Positions 29,692-40,508 of a stretch of 59,337 nt of DNA are shown piece after piece (position 1 is the first letter of the stretch; every line of letters starts with the position of its first letter). A program made the position numbers and the translations under genes. This DNA is from an uncultured bacterium (GTDB lineage: Bacteria; JAGOEH01). The notes beneath the pieces were generated by a model. It was not told the DNA's origin, did no database searches, and saw only the letters and a program-made list of their open reading frames with translations. The stretch covers positions 186,001-245,337 of the forward strand of contig CAZWDO010000006.1 of assembly GCA_964632485.1 (NCBI GenBank). The letters are read 5' to 3'.

Positions 29692-31338
29692 ATGAGTATG
29701 TTTTGTAATCAATGTCAGGAAGCCGCGCGTAATGTTGGCTGCAACATTCAGGGTGTTTGCGGTAAAAAAAGTGATGTGGCCAACTTGCAGGATCTTTTGC
29801 TGTATGTTTTAAAAGGAATCGGCGTTTATCAGGAAAAACTGGTTCCGTCCAGTAAAACAATGGCTGAAGCGGATCATTTTATGGTGACTTCGCTATTCAG
29901 TACGATTACTAATGCAAATTTTGATCGGGATTATTTTGTCAGAAAAGTAAAAAAGGGTCTGGCGCTGCGGGACCAACTCGCAAAACAATGGGAAATTCTG
30001 AGCGCTGGCAATCTGGAAAATTTGCCGGACGCGGCCGTATGGAAACTGAACAGCGATGCGGAAATGGAGCAAAAAGCGGAATCAATCGGGTTGCTTTCGA
30101 TTGAAAATGAGGATATCCGTTCACTGCGGCAGATTTTAATGCTGGGAATCAAGGGGATTGCCGCCTATGCCGACCATGCGATGAATCTGGGCTATGAGAA
30201 TCAGGAGATTTTCCAATTTATGAACCGCGCCCTGGCAGCGACAATTGATGATTCGATTGATGTTCCTCCGTTGATCAATCTGGTTTTGGAATGCGGTAAA
30301 TTCGGAGTGGACACCATGGCTTTGCTGGACAAAGCGAATACATCCACTTATGGCAATCCGGAGATTAGCCAGGTGAATATAGGCGTACGCCAAAATCCGG
30401 CGATTCTGATCAGCGGCCATGATTTGCGAGATATGGATGATTTGCTGAAGCAGACTGAAGGAACCGGGGTGGATATCTATACCCATAGTGAGATGTTGCC
30501 GGCCAATTATTATCCGGCGTTTAAAAAATATCCGCATCTGGTGGGGAATTATGGAAATGCCTGGTGGAAACAGAACGAAGAATTTGAAGCGTTTAATGGC
30601 CCCGTGCTGATGACAACCAATTGTTTAGTGCCTCCGAAAGAGAGTTATAAAAATCGCGTCTATACGACGGGAGAAGTGGGATTTCAAGGATTGCCGCATA
30701 TTGCGAATCGTGAGCCGGGTAAAATGAAAGATTTTTCAGCCATTATCGAACACGCAAAAAAATGTCCGCCTCCGCGGGCCCTTGAAGAGGGCCAGTTGGT
30801 AGGAGGGTTTGCCCATCACCAGGTCTTTGCCCTGGCCGATAAAGTGGTGGAAGCGGTGAAAAGCGGCGCTATCCGTCGTTTTTTTGTGATGGCCGGCTGC
30901 GATGGCCGCCATAAATCGCGTGAGTATTACGCGCAATTTGCCGAAAAACTACCCCGGGATACAGTGATTCTTACCGCGGGTTGCGCTAAATACCGCTACA
31001 ATAAACTTCCCCTGGGCGATATCGGCGGGATTCCGCGCGTACTCGATGCCGGGCAGTGCAATGATTCCTATTCATTAGCGGTAATCGCTCTCAAACTAAA
31101 GGAAGTTTTTAATCTTGATAATGTGAATGATCTGCCCATTTCTTTTAATATCGCCTGGTACGAACAGAAAGCGGTACTGGTGCTTCTGGCGCTGCTGCAT
31201 CTGGGTTTCAAGAAAATTCATCTGGGACCCACTCTGCCGGCATTTTTAACCCCCAATGTGACCAAAGTTCTGGTAGATAATTTTAATATCGCCGGGATTA
31301 CCGATGTGGATCAGGACCTTAAACTATTTTTAGACTGA
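29692..31338 (+). CDS. hcp: Hybrid cluster protein (hydroxylamine reductase)
   Basis: MFCNQCQE...[46 protein letters not shown]. Confidence 0.97.
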   Translation: MSMFCNQCQEAARNVGCNIQGVCGKKSDVANLQDLLLYVLKGIGVYQEKLVPSSKTMAEADHFMVTSLFSTITNANFDRDYFVRKVKKGLALRDQLAKQWEILSAGNLENLPDAAVWKLNSDAEMEQKAESIGLLSIENEDIRSLRQILMLGIKGIAAYADHAMNLGYENQEIFQFMNRALAATIDDSIDVPPLINLVLECGKFGVDTMALLDKANTSTYGNPEISQVNIGVRQNPAILISGHDLRDMDDLLKQTEGTGVDIYTHSEMLPANYYPAFKKYPHLVGNYGNAWWKQNEEFEAFNGPVLMTTNCLVPPKESYKNRVYTTGEVGFQGLPHIANREPGKMKDFSAIIEHAKKCPPPRALEEGQLVGGFAHHQVFALADKVVEAVKSGAIRRFFVMAGCDGRHKSREYYAQFAEKLPRDTVILTAGCAKYRYNKLPLGDIGGIPRVLDAGQCNDSYSLAVIALKLKEVFNLDNVNDLPISFNIAWYEQKAVLVLLALLHLGFKKIHLGPTLPAFLTPNVTKVLVDNFNIAGITDVDQDLKLFLD

Positions 31339-31353
31339 TTTGACGAAAGCAAT

Positions 31354-31383
31354 AAAAGCCCGGGGCTTCGGCTACGGGCTTTT
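31354..31383. terminator. Bidirectional intrinsic terminator
   Basis: AAAAGCCCG-GGGC-TTCG-GCTA-CGGGCTTTT between convergent genes. Confidence 0.75.
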
Positions 31384-31411
31384 ATATTCAGCAAATTCAG
31401 TAGATGTTTTT

Positions 31412-33226
31412 TTAAAACGGAAATATTGTTTCAAGCAGCACCGCAAATTCCCCGCGCAGTATGGGAGCGCTCAATGACGTTGTTTCCAGCGCGTTAAGTG
31501 TTTGAGTCAGTGGATAGGCGGTTTTTATCCATTGGTAGTCTTCATGCTGAATTTGTTCAAAATTCAGTTGGCGGATATCCATACCGGGATTGACGGCAAT
31601 TTGTCGCAGACAGGTGAATGCCTGGTCCCGCGTAACAATTGGAGTGGTTGCTTGTTCAATCATTTTTGCCTGTTTTTGTTTTCCCTGGAGGGTAAGGATA
31701 GCTTGAGCCAGCTCCTCACGTCTTACCGGGTGTTCTGGATAGAACCAGGTGCGATTGGCCCATTTCCAGGGTTCGCCCACTCCGCGCAATGCGCCGCGTA
31801 ATCCAACTGTTTGGATAGGATAAAATTCGTCTTCGCTGGGTTGGGTATCAATAAAAGGCATGAGCCAACAGCGGGATTTCAACAGATGACGCTGGAGTTC
31901 ACGCAAATCGATCTGGCGGGGCTGGCAATGGTGGCGAATGGATAGCGCTGCCGCGGATCCCGCCGCTTGTCCGATCTGCAGGACGACCGGCTGCAGCCGC
32001 GACGATCCATTTACAATATGCGTTACTGAAATATTCTTTTCTGCGCAGATTAAACCATCCAGGTATTTGGGAATCATTGCGCCGTATGGCGCCGAGAAGG
32101 AAGGAATTCCCGGATATTCTTCCGGTTCTGGCAGTTCGATACGTTGATGGTGATGATCAACCGGATAATCGCCGACCGCAATGGCATCCGGATAGAGTGG
32201 AGAAGCTGTTTCCCGGTAGGGGTCTAAAATATCCATCAGGGTTACCCGGCTGACGCCGTGAACTCGGCGGCTTTCACGGATATAGGGTATTAACGCCAAT
32301 TTGTCGGAAGTGGGGAATTCATCTCCCGCCAGCTCCAGGTGGCGCCATCCCAGGTTTTTTTGAATGAAATGCAGCCAACCCAGAGTTACGAATTTGGCTT
32401 TCTGGAAATGTTTTTGGCGTTCCCCGCGGCTGAGTTCGATCAAATTGGCATAATAATCATTCCCATGGCAAGGCCAATTAATCATGTATTTGCTATTGGG
32501 TAGTTTGCCATAATCCAACATGGTCATGCTGTCCACTGGCTTTTCTCCTTCACTGGGATAACACTCTCGACACGTTCCGCGGTAGAGCGATTCGTCATAT
32601 TCCGGCGGCTGGGGATAATAATACTCAGCGTTGGGATTCAGGTTCTTTAAAATCGCGACCCAGGTCAAATCCTGAATGATCGTGTCCGGACGTTCCGGCG
32701 CCCAGGGTTCGCCGCTTTCGGACCGGCTTTCCCGACCCAGTGAATAGGGACAGCCGGCCATTGCCAGAATATCACCGAATTCAGTCGCGTCAATAGTTAT
32801 ACTGGCCGTAACCGTCAAGTCAGGTTGCTGGTCTCCGGCAAATTGAACCGACTGGATGCGATTATAGCGAACATCAACGGATAGCGGATAGTAACCGTAA
32901 ATGATTTTTAAATTCGGATAGTTCCCGGCCATTTGCTGAAAAATCAGATTGCCGATATGCGGCTCGAATTGCGTGTTGCTGACCCAGCCAGTTGCGAGCT
33001 CTTCCAGGCTGCCGTAATGCTCCACCAATTTCCCGCGGAATTCGCCCCAAATACCGGACGGCAAGTGATGATTGCCGTCAACAGCGCTGACTCCGGCGGC
33101 GGTCAGCATGCCTCCCAACCACGGTGTCTCCTCCACGATAACCACTTGGATGCCCATACGAGCAGCGGCGATCCCCGCGGCGATCCCGCTGGTTCCTCCA
33201 CCAACTACTAATAATTCCGTTTCCAT
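31412..33226 (-). CDS. FAD-dependent oxidoreductase (FAD_oxidored family)
   Basis: VVGGGTSGIAAGIAAAR, WLGGMLT, IDATEFGD, PYIRESRR, GDYPVDHH, SRLQPVVLQIGQAAG. Confidence 0.88.
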   Translation of the reverse strand: METELLVVGGGTSGIAAGIAAARMGIQVVIVEETPWLGGMLTAAGVSAVDGNHHLPSGIWGEFRGKLVEHYGSLEELATGWVSNTQFEPHIGNLIFQQMAGNYPNLKIIYGYYPLSVDVRYNRIQSVQFAGDQQPDLTVTASITIDATEFGDILAMAGCPYSLGRESRSESGEPWAPERPDTIIQDLTWVAILKNLNPNAEYYYPQPPEYDESLYRGTCRECYPSEGEKPVDSMTMLDYGKLPNSKYMINWPCHGNDYYANLIELSRGERQKHFQKAKFVTLGWLHFIQKNLGWRHLELAGDEFPTSDKLALIPYIRESRRVHGVSRVTLMDILDPYRETASPLYPDAIAVGDYPVDHHHQRIELPEPEEYPGIPSFSAPYGAMIPKYLDGLICAEKNISVTHIVNGSSRLQPVVLQIGQAAGSAAALSIRHHCQPRQIDLRELQRHLLKSRCWLMPFIDTQPSEDEFYPIQTVGLRGALRGVGEPWKWANRTWFYPEHPVRREELAQAILTLQGKQKQAKMIEQATTPIVTRDQAFTCLRQIAVNPGMDIRQLNFEQIQHEDYQWIKTAYPLTQTLNALETTSLSAPILRGEFAVLLETIFPF

Positions 33227-33441
33227 TGGATTCTCCTTTTTATTAACCGTACTTCTGTCGGATGACTTTTATCTGCGCCTCAATTCATTTTACTGCCGAT
33301 TGTCCGTTGATCCTCTTTAAACCAGCGCTACGGAGAGTTTCCGCTTCATTCCCTATTGATCCGCTCTGAACCGGCCAATCGTGAAAATGCAAACATAAAA
33401 CATCATTTAAAAAGAGCGTTTTGTGGATAGTCTCACCCTTA

Positions 33442-33470
33442 ATTATAGTCTATTCCCAACCAATTGTCAA
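33442..33470 (-). promoter_or_regulatory. Perfect-consensus sigma70 promoter for FAD oxidoreductase
   Basis: Minus strand TTGACA-N17-TATAAT. Confidence 0.7.
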
Positions 33471-33719
33471 TATAAAAAAATAGAGTGGAATCGCCTTTGA
33501 GTATATGTTAGTGTCGTAAATTAATCAAGAATTCCGCCGACTGCAATGCCCCAGGTGATTAATCAATTTTTGGTTATGAAATAATTAATTAGCGATGGTC
33601 AAAAATATTCCATAATTTTGAGAATTTATTCTAAACAGTAAATAAATACAATGGATTGTTAATACTGTAAATTAATTGAAAAAATTAGTAAAATTTTTAC
33701 CCAATTTAAAAAAAAATAC

Positions 33720-33749
33720 TTGACTTTTATATTTGTTTTTTCTTATATT
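33720..33749 (+). promoter_or_regulatory. Sigma70-type promoter, probably giving a leaderless transcript
   Basis: TTGACT-N18-TATATT; ATG begins 7 nt after the -10 box. Confidence 0.5.
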
Positions 33750-33755
33750 AACTGC

Positions 33756-36653
33756 ATGAAACTGGTAAAAAATCTGCTTTTAATCTTTCTGAGTATCTTT
33801 CTGGGCGCATCGTTGATCATAGCTCAAAGTATGGGCAAAATTGCCGGCAAGGTTACTGATTTAGAGACCGGGGAGGAACTGATCGGCGTCAATGTTCTGG
33901 TCGATGGCACCCTGCAAGGCGCGGCTACCGATGAGAACGGGGAATATGCGATTCTTAACGTTCCTCCGGGAAACTGTACGCTTAAATTCATGTTTATCGG
34001 ATATCAACCGGTTAAAGTATCCAGCATCCAGATAAAAATCGACCGTACGACCACCATCAATATGAAAATGCAGCCCGTAGCAATTGATGTTGTCGGCGAA
34101 GGCATCACCATTACTGCCGAGAAGCCGATTGTGGAAGTGGATAAAACGTCCTCCTCCACGCATTTCGATGCCACGGAAATGTCGAACCTGCCAGTGGAAG
34201 GCGTGCGCAACATACTGGAGCTCTCCGCGAATACCCTTCGGACCGCCGGGGGGAAAGTTGAAATTCGCGGGAATGACGATATCAAAATGATTCAAAACGG
34301 TATGGGCGTGATGAAGTCCGATGATGGCGTTCCCGCTTATGGTACCGGAACGAAAACGGAAAGTAGCTGGAAATATGATATTAATCCGCTCGCCATCTCG
34401 CAGATGGAGGTGATTTCCGGCGGATTCAACGCAGAATACGGCAATGCCCAATCCGGCGTGATCAAGGTGGTGACCAAGGATGGCGGCGAAAAATTCAGCG
34501 GGGCTTTTATCGTTGAATACCGTCCTCCCGGCAAATACCATTGGGGCGATAATGTATTTTCAAAAAATCAAAGTGAATGGAAAAAATGGGGCAATATTCA
34601 GAATTGGTACGACCAGCCCCAATTCTATAATGATTCCATGGGAGCGATCGATAGTTCGAGAGTTAATCGCAATTATAACCTTTGGGTCAAAAATCACACC
34701 CCTTCCGACGACAATATTTTCGGGGTGTATGATTATGAACGCGATCCTTACACCCGCTATCTGTTCTCTCTCGGCGGCCCACTGGGCAAAGACCCTAATA
34801 AACTGACTTTTTTTATTTCCGGCGAGCTTAAAAACAAACCGACTCGCCTGCCAACCCGCGAACAAACCCAGCGCCTGCAGAACTACCTGTTTGTTTTGGC
34901 TTTTAAGCCCAGCGCGTCCCATAGCTTTAAACTGACAAATATGGTCCAGTATTTTTATTCGGGCATGGGCAGCGGTTCCGACGATATCCGCTGGGCCGGA
35001 TTATGGGATAGTTATGGCGCTAAACGCAAATATACCTTGATTTACGATTCCCCCCGCGAAGAAACGGTTTTCGCTCAAAGTCTGACCTATAAGTATCTGC
35101 TCTCCTCTAAATCCTTTTTCGAAGCAGTTCTCACCCATCAGAACGAATTGCTCTATGCGCTGCAAACCCCGACGCCGGCCACTGCCACGGACATCAAAAA
35201 TCCGGTGGATGAACGCGAAATCGAAGAAGATGGCCCCTGGTTCGAAAAGTTCCGTACCTATTATACCTGGTCCAGCATCTATAACCAGGCCTCCAAAACC
35301 GATTTCTGGGAAGGCAAGCTCAGCTTCTCCTCGCAGGTGACCCATTCCAACCTTCTCAAATTGGGTGTGGAAGCCTCGCTGATGGATCAGGACTACAATG
35401 CGTCTTCCTCCTTGTGCGTCTCAGCCTTCCTGTCACGCAATGGCTTCGCCACCAACTACAAGGCCAAAACCTGGTATTCGGCGGCCTACATTCAGGACAA
35501 GCTCGAATTCGCCGGCATGGTTGCCAATATCGGATTGCGAATGGATGCCTATAATTTTGGCGCCGATCTCCCTACTGACCCCTACAATGTGTTTTATCCC
35601 GCAACAGGCGGCACTGGGCATGGTATCCCCGAATGGAAAAATTCGGATACCTATGTGTCGGTTTCTCCCCGTTTCGGCATCTCATTCCCCATTGCCGAGC
35701 GCACCGCCTTTCGCGTGCAATACGGCCATTTCCGTTCCATGCCGCCCATCAACCGCGCTCTGAATAATCAAACGAACTATGGGTGGGGGAGTTATGGAAA
35801 TCCTAATCTGAGACCGCCCCTGAGTATCAACTATGAAGTGGGCGTTCAGCAAAATCTGTGGAATACCCATCAATTGGACATTGTTACATATTATAATGAT
35901 CTCAAAGATCAGATATCCACCATTTATATCAAAAGCGCGACCGGCAGTCAGAATAGTTCGGACGATTTTAAGGGCACTTACATCAGTTACAATAATCATG
36001 GCCACGGCAATGCGCGCGGCGTGGAAATCAGCTTTGCCAATCGCAACAGTTTTACCTGGTCCTATCGCTGTTCTTTTGCGCTCAGTCAGACCAATTACGG
36101 TAATTACGGCGTTTATCTCGATATGGAAGATATCTCCCCTGAACTGGCTCAGAAGTATCAGTATTCGGCCAGCGATTATCTGGCGGCCGAGGACCGTACA
36201 TTTCGGTTCAATGCCTCGCTGACCTATAACCTGGGTAAAAACGAAGGACCCAAGATATTGGGTAAGGCGATGCTTGAAGAAACCAGCATCGGATTGATCT
36301 ATCGCGTCAGCAGCGGATTGCCCTATTGCTGGGCCCCGGTTTACCAATATAATTATCAGGTAGAAAACAATCGCCGTTATCCCATGGAATCGACTACCGA
36401 TTTTCGCCTGGAAAAAGCTCAGACTATCGGTAAATATACTGTAAAGTTCAGTGTGCGTGTTTTAAATCTGTTCGACAATCAGCACCTGACCCCAATCTCC
36501 AACTCGTTGGAGCTGGATCGCTGGGTTCTTCGCAGCATGACCTATGCCGATGCCGATAATGATCCAACTCGCGATGTGTACATTTATAACTATTTTCAGA
36601 CCTTTAAAAATATTCCCCGTCAGTTTTTCTTCTCATTGGGCGTCTCTTTTTAG
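33756..36653 (+). CDS. TonB-dependent receptor (carboxypeptidase-regulatory-like N-domain)
   Basis: Signal peptide from ATG 33756, GKIAGKVTDLETGEELIGVNV, ISGGFNAEYGNAQSGVI, SPRFGISFPI, GNPNLRP, PRQFFFSLGVSF. Confidence 0.9.
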   Translation: MKLVKNLLLIFLSIFLGASLIIAQSMGKIAGKVTDLETGEELIGVNVLVDGTLQGAATDENGEYAILNVPPGNCTLKFMFIGYQPVKVSSIQIKIDRTTTINMKMQPVAIDVVGEGITITAEKPIVEVDKTSSSTHFDATEMSNLPVEGVRNILELSANTLRTAGGKVEIRGNDDIKMIQNGMGVMKSDDGVPAYGTGTKTESSWKYDINPLAISQMEVISGGFNAEYGNAQSGVIKVVTKDGGEKFSGAFIVEYRPPGKYHWGDNVFSKNQSEWKKWGNIQNWYDQPQFYNDSMGAIDSSRVNRNYNLWVKNHTPSDDNIFGVYDYERDPYTRYLFSLGGPLGKDPNKLTFFISGELKNKPTRLPTREQTQRLQNYLFVLAFKPSASHSFKLTNMVQYFYSGMGSGSDDIRWAGLWDSYGAKRKYTLIYDSPREETVFAQSLTYKYLLSSKSFFEAVLTHQNELLYALQTPTPATATDIKNPVDEREIEEDGPWFEKFRTYYTWSSIYNQASKTDFWEGKLSFSSQVTHSNLLKLGVEASLMDQDYNASSSLCVSAFLSRNGFATNYKAKTWYSAAYIQDKLEFAGMVANIGLRMDAYNFGADLPTDPYNVFYPATGGTGHGIPEWKNSDTYVSVSPRFGISFPIAERTAFRVQYGHFRSMPPINRALNNQTNYGWGSYGNPNLRPPLSINYEVGVQQNLWNTHQLDIVTYYNDLKDQISTIYIKSATGSQNSSDDFKGTYISYNNHGHGNARGVEISFANRNSFTWSYRCSFALSQTNYGNYGVYLDMEDISPELAQKYQYSASDYLAAEDRTFRFNASLTYNLGKNEGPKILGKAMLEETSIGLIYRVSSGLPYCWAPVYQYNYQVENNRRYPMESTTDFRLEKAQTIGKYTVKFSVRVLNLFDNQHLTPISNSLELDRWVLRSMTYADADNDPTRDVYIYNYFQTFKNIPRQFFFSLGVSF

Positions 36654-36670
36654 TCGGAAAGGATAGATCA

Positions 36671-38650
36671 TTGTCGAAATACCGCATTGGATGGTTGTTG
36701 CTGATACTCAGCTCGCTGACGATGGCGCAGCAGACTCAGCCCTATTCGTTGAATTTCGAACGCGGCAAACTTTGGCATTCCTATTATATATCCCAGGAAT
36801 GTGCGCCCATGCTCGATTGGGGACATCAGACTTATGGACTGGACTGGCCGGGTTACAGCACCGGGGAAATTAAGCAGAATATCGGTGGCGGCAACAGCTA
36901 TCTGACCGCCGGCGGTTTTTATATCATGACCCTCAACGATACGATGAAAACTCTGGGTTGGGCAGATTTCGCCTGCCATGGCCGCGATGTGGACTGGACC
37001 CTTGATAAACGTTATAAAATAAATAAACATGAAAAAAAGAGCGATAATTTTTGGATGCTAAATAATCCCGCCGGAGCTGAAGAACAAATCGTCACAGAAT
37101 GGGAAAAAAACAGCCAATGGTATGAAATTTCCGATAATCAAAATCTGCCGATCCGTGTGACCCGAACTGCTCGTCAGTGGTCGGGTTCTCAAGCCGATGA
37201 AAATTATATCCTGACGGAATATGTTATTCGCAACACCCAGCGCAGGAACATCCTTAATGGAGTCTGCCTGCTATTTACCTGGGCAGTCTCTCCCAACCAC
37301 CGCGGATGGAACTTGACCTTTCCCACCTATCCGGACGGCGCCCGCAACACCCGTAGCTACTATGACGCGGACAAGCAGATGGTGGTCGCATACGCCGGCG
37401 ATTTTACTGAAACCGCTCAGTCCAATGAATCGTATGATTACTATGAGTATTTAAAATACGACCCCGTTACCCAGGATAATGTCGCCGCTCCGGAATATAT
37501 TGCCACCGGCTATGCGGGTGTCCGTTTTTTATATATCTCACCCGATAGTACGGGGCAGGAAAACCGTATTGCCGCTTTCAACTGGTCCGCCGGTTTGAAT
37601 TCCGGTGATCAGGGTCCATTCGGTTCCGTACTGGGACTGGATAATAAATACCTTGCCATGCGCAATCCCATGCTTTTAACTCAGGGGTTCAACGATCCCA
37701 ATGATGCGCGAATGGGTAAAAGCCGTTTATATGCCAATTTTGCCCTGGGCCCGTTTTATATCCCGCAAAGTGATTCAATCCGGGTGGTTGTCGCTGAATT
37801 TGTGGGTGGATTGACCTATGAGGAGGCCGTCGATCCCGCCACCACGCGCGATCGTATCACCGCCGCTGGCGATTCTGCGGTTGCTTATCTCAGCGAACGC
37901 GTTGCCTTCAATTATAACCACGGATATCGCGTTCCTATGCCTCCCAAAGCTCCCGCTTTTACAGTCAGTTCTTATACTGCTCCCGGTAAAGTCGGCAATT
38001 TGATCCAATTTTCTGATTCTTCGGAATCGATCGCGGATCCCCATGATCAGACACTTGATATTCAGGGATATCGTATCTACCGCAGCGGCTATTTGCCCTT
38101 CGGACCCTGGGAAAAGATCGCTGAAATCGGAATTAAGGAAGCCCCCTGGTATCAAGCTGATTCCGCCCGATACCAGTTTGTTGATTCGCTGGTCGCTTTA
38201 GGGTATGGGTACTATTATTCAATTACTGCTTTTGATCAGGGTGGCCAACCATGGGCAATCGATCCTGCCGTAACGGTTCCTTCCCTGGAAAGCTCGATCT
38301 TCGCTAACCGCAAAAAATCGACCTTTTATACAACATTAACGCCGACAGCCGGTATCCTGGACCAGGTGACGGTCGTCCCCAATCCGTTTTACCGCAGCTC
38401 CGGGCTGACGCTGGCCGGAGATACCAAGCTGGTGCAGTTTGTCAATCTTGCTTCAGAGTGCACGATCCGCATTTTTACGTTACGTGGCGATCTGGTAAAG
38501 ACGATTGAGCATCAGAGCGAGGATTCCGGTGTTGCCGGATGGAATCAGATCAGCGATTATGGTCAATACGTCAAAAGCGGTATCTACTTGTATTATATAA
38601 CCACCCCCGATGGGGCGCAAAAACGCGGCAAATTCGCCATTATTAATTAG
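36671..38650 (+). CDS. Secreted protein with Fn3-like region and T9SS-like C-terminal domain
   Basis: Signal peptide; GYRIYRS and YYYSITAFD; C-terminal VVPNPF...IRIFTLRGDLVKTI...WN...SGIYLYYI...GKFAIIN. Confidence 0.75.
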   Translation: MSKYRIGWLLLILSSLTMAQQTQPYSLNFERGKLWHSYYISQECAPMLDWGHQTYGLDWPGYSTGEIKQNIGGGNSYLTAGGFYIMTLNDTMKTLGWADFACHGRDVDWTLDKRYKINKHEKKSDNFWMLNNPAGAEEQIVTEWEKNSQWYEISDNQNLPIRVTRTARQWSGSQADENYILTEYVIRNTQRRNILNGVCLLFTWAVSPNHRGWNLTFPTYPDGARNTRSYYDADKQMVVAYAGDFTETAQSNESYDYYEYLKYDPVTQDNVAAPEYIATGYAGVRFLYISPDSTGQENRIAAFNWSAGLNSGDQGPFGSVLGLDNKYLAMRNPMLLTQGFNDPNDARMGKSRLYANFALGPFYIPQSDSIRVVVAEFVGGLTYEEAVDPATTRDRITAAGDSAVAYLSERVAFNYNHGYRVPMPPKAPAFTVSSYTAPGKVGNLIQFSDSSESIADPHDQTLDIQGYRIYRSGYLPFGPWEKIAEIGIKEAPWYQADSARYQFVDSLVALGYGYYYSITAFDQGGQPWAIDPAVTVPSLESSIFANRKKSTFYTTLTPTAGILDQVTVVPNPFYRSSGLTLAGDTKLVQFVNLASECTIRIFTLRGDLVKTIEHQSEDSGVAGWNQISDYGQYVKSGIYLYYITTPDGAQKRGKFAIIN

Positions 38651-38658
38651 AGGAGAAT

Positions 38659-39618
38659 ATGACGTTGAATCGAAAATTGATCATCCTGATATGCGGACTC
38701 GCTCTATTCAGTTCGCCCCTCTATGCCGAATTCCAAAAAACGGGAACCACTGGATTTGTGTTTCTGGAAATCCCCGTAACTCCCCGTTACACCGCTTTGG
38801 GCGAAGTTGGAATTACTTTGCCAAATGCCGGTAGCGAAGGACTCTTTATCAATCCCGCGCTGATTGCCGGACACTCCCGGCGCCAGGATTTGCTATTCAC
38901 TTACAGTCAATGGTATGTCGATATTTCCCAACAAGCCTTAGCCTATACATATCACCATCCCATTATGGGAACCTTTGGAATACAGGCGCTCTATTTCGAT
39001 TACGGTTCCATGGAAAAAACAGTGAATCCGACTGCAAATCAGACCGGGTCTTATATCTCACTGGGAACTTTTTCAGCGAATTCCATGTTGGTCGGCCTTA
39101 GTTTCGGCCGCCATTTAACTGATAAGTTTGCGTTTGGCTCTTCAATCAAATACGCTCGGGAAAAAATCGACCACTACGATACGGATAATTTTATGGTCGA
39201 TATCGGCTTTCTCTATTATACCGGGTTTCATAGTTTGCGTATTGGCGCTTTTTTACAGAATTTTGGACTTGAAACCAAATATGCAATCGAAAAATTTAAA
39301 ATGCCCCAGTTACTTAAACTCGGCCTATCGGCTGAAGTATGGGGAGAACTGGCCGATCCCTACCACGCGACCGTGTTGATTGAAGCCGTCCACCCTAATG
39401 ACGCCGATGAACGCATCCATGTCGGTAGCGAATGGTTGTTGGCCGATATATTAGCGTTGCGGGCCGGGTATAAATTCGGTTATCAGAATGAGGGATTTAC
39501 GACTGGTTTCGGATTACGCTGGAATCTAAGCGGACATTACCTTTACGCGGATTTTTCCTGGATGAACCATGAATATTTGGAAAATACCCTGCGCTATTCC
39601 TTGCGGTGGGAGTTTTAA
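38659..39618 (+). CDS. PorV/PorQ-like (UPF0164) outer-membrane barrel
   Basis: GFVFLEIPVTPRYTALGE, FINPALIA, ALRAGYKF; terminal Phe; GAGGAG RBS. Confidence 0.8.
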   Translation: MTLNRKLIILICGLALFSSPLYAEFQKTGTTGFVFLEIPVTPRYTALGEVGITLPNAGSEGLFINPALIAGHSRRQDLLFTYSQWYVDISQQALAYTYHHPIMGTFGIQALYFDYGSMEKTVNPTANQTGSYISLGTFSANSMLVGLSFGRHLTDKFAFGSSIKYAREKIDHYDTDNFMVDIGFLYYTGFHSLRIGAFLQNFGLETKYAIEKFKMPQLLKLGLSAEVWGELADPYHATVLIEAVHPNDADERIHVGSEWLLADILALRAGYKFGYQNEGFTTGFGLRWNLSGHYLYADFSWMNHEYLENTLRYSLRWEF

Positions 39619-40505
39619 TGAAACGATTTATGCTATTTGTTCTTTTATGTTCAGCGCTTCCTTTCTTTGGATTGGTTGCCCAACCGGATCAGGAAGCACC
39701 GGCTGTCAGATCAAATCCGCTGACGCTAAAAGCTTTCACATTATTCCAAAACCAGTCAGGTGATGCAAAAGCGCAATCCGCCTGGGGATATGGTGTGGGC
39801 GGTCAATTCAACTACTCCCGTTTCAGACGTTTCGATTTTAATGTTCGTGTTGAATATGACCACATGGCCCTGGACCAGGATGATGTCCTGGACGAATGGA
39901 ACTGGCATTATTGGGATAGCACCTATAGCTCATATCTTCTTGGTGAAATATTCACCGTAATTATTCAGAATGGTGATACCATACGCAATCGCGACAGCAT
40001 GAAATATTATATCAATCATGTCCGTCATTGTGAAAGCAGTAGTGGTGAATATGTCGCTGATTTCGATCCCAAACAGTCGATGAAGGAACTCATGGTTTCA
40101 GTGGGATTTGACTACAAGCAGATGATCTCCGCAAAGATGATGCTTTATGCGGGATTGAATATCGGAATTTCCAAATATTTTCGCCGCCTTGAAATGCATG
40201 AACACTGGATTAAACGTTTTGAACTCGATTCCACCCAGGCCGGATGGGATTACGATTACAAATTGAATATTTTGCATTACGCGCCCCAAAAAAAAGGGAC
40301 TAAACTGTTTGCCGCCCCCACTCTGGGATGGCGCTACCAGTTTACCGATTATTTTGACCTGGATATCAGCGCGCGCTATTATCATTATTTCGATGAAACC
40401 GTTCAATTTATCGATCAGGCCTTCGGTATTTCCGAATCCAGCCATACCTTTTTCCCCTACAGTTCCAAGTACCAGGTACAATTAGCTCTGGTTTTCCGCT
40501 ACTAA
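39618..40505 (+). CDS. Outer-membrane beta-barrel protein
   Basis: Signal peptide; amphipathic strands; C-terminal YQVQLALVFRY; TAATG coupling to previous gene. Confidence 0.65.
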   Translation: MKRFMLFVLLCSALPFFGLVAQPDQEAPAVRSNPLTLKAFTLFQNQSGDAKAQSAWGYGVGGQFNYSRFRRFDFNVRVEYDHMALDQDDVLDEWNWHYWDSTYSSYLLGEIFTVIIQNGDTIRNRDSMKYYINHVRHCESSSGEYVADFDPKQSMKELMVSVGFDYKQMISAKMMLYAGLNIGISKYFRRLEMHEHWIKRFELDSTQAGWDYDYKLNILHYAPQKKGTKLFAAPTLGWRYQFTDYFDLDISARYYHYFDETVQFIDQAFGISESSHTFFPYSSKYQVQLALVFRY

Positions 40506-40508
40506 AGG

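Noticed and set aside
33861-36347. Long antisense ORFs (226 aa, 221 aa) inside the TonB receptor gene, and similar ones elsewhere
   Set aside because: Shadow ORFs opposite well-supported genes, explained by codon bias.
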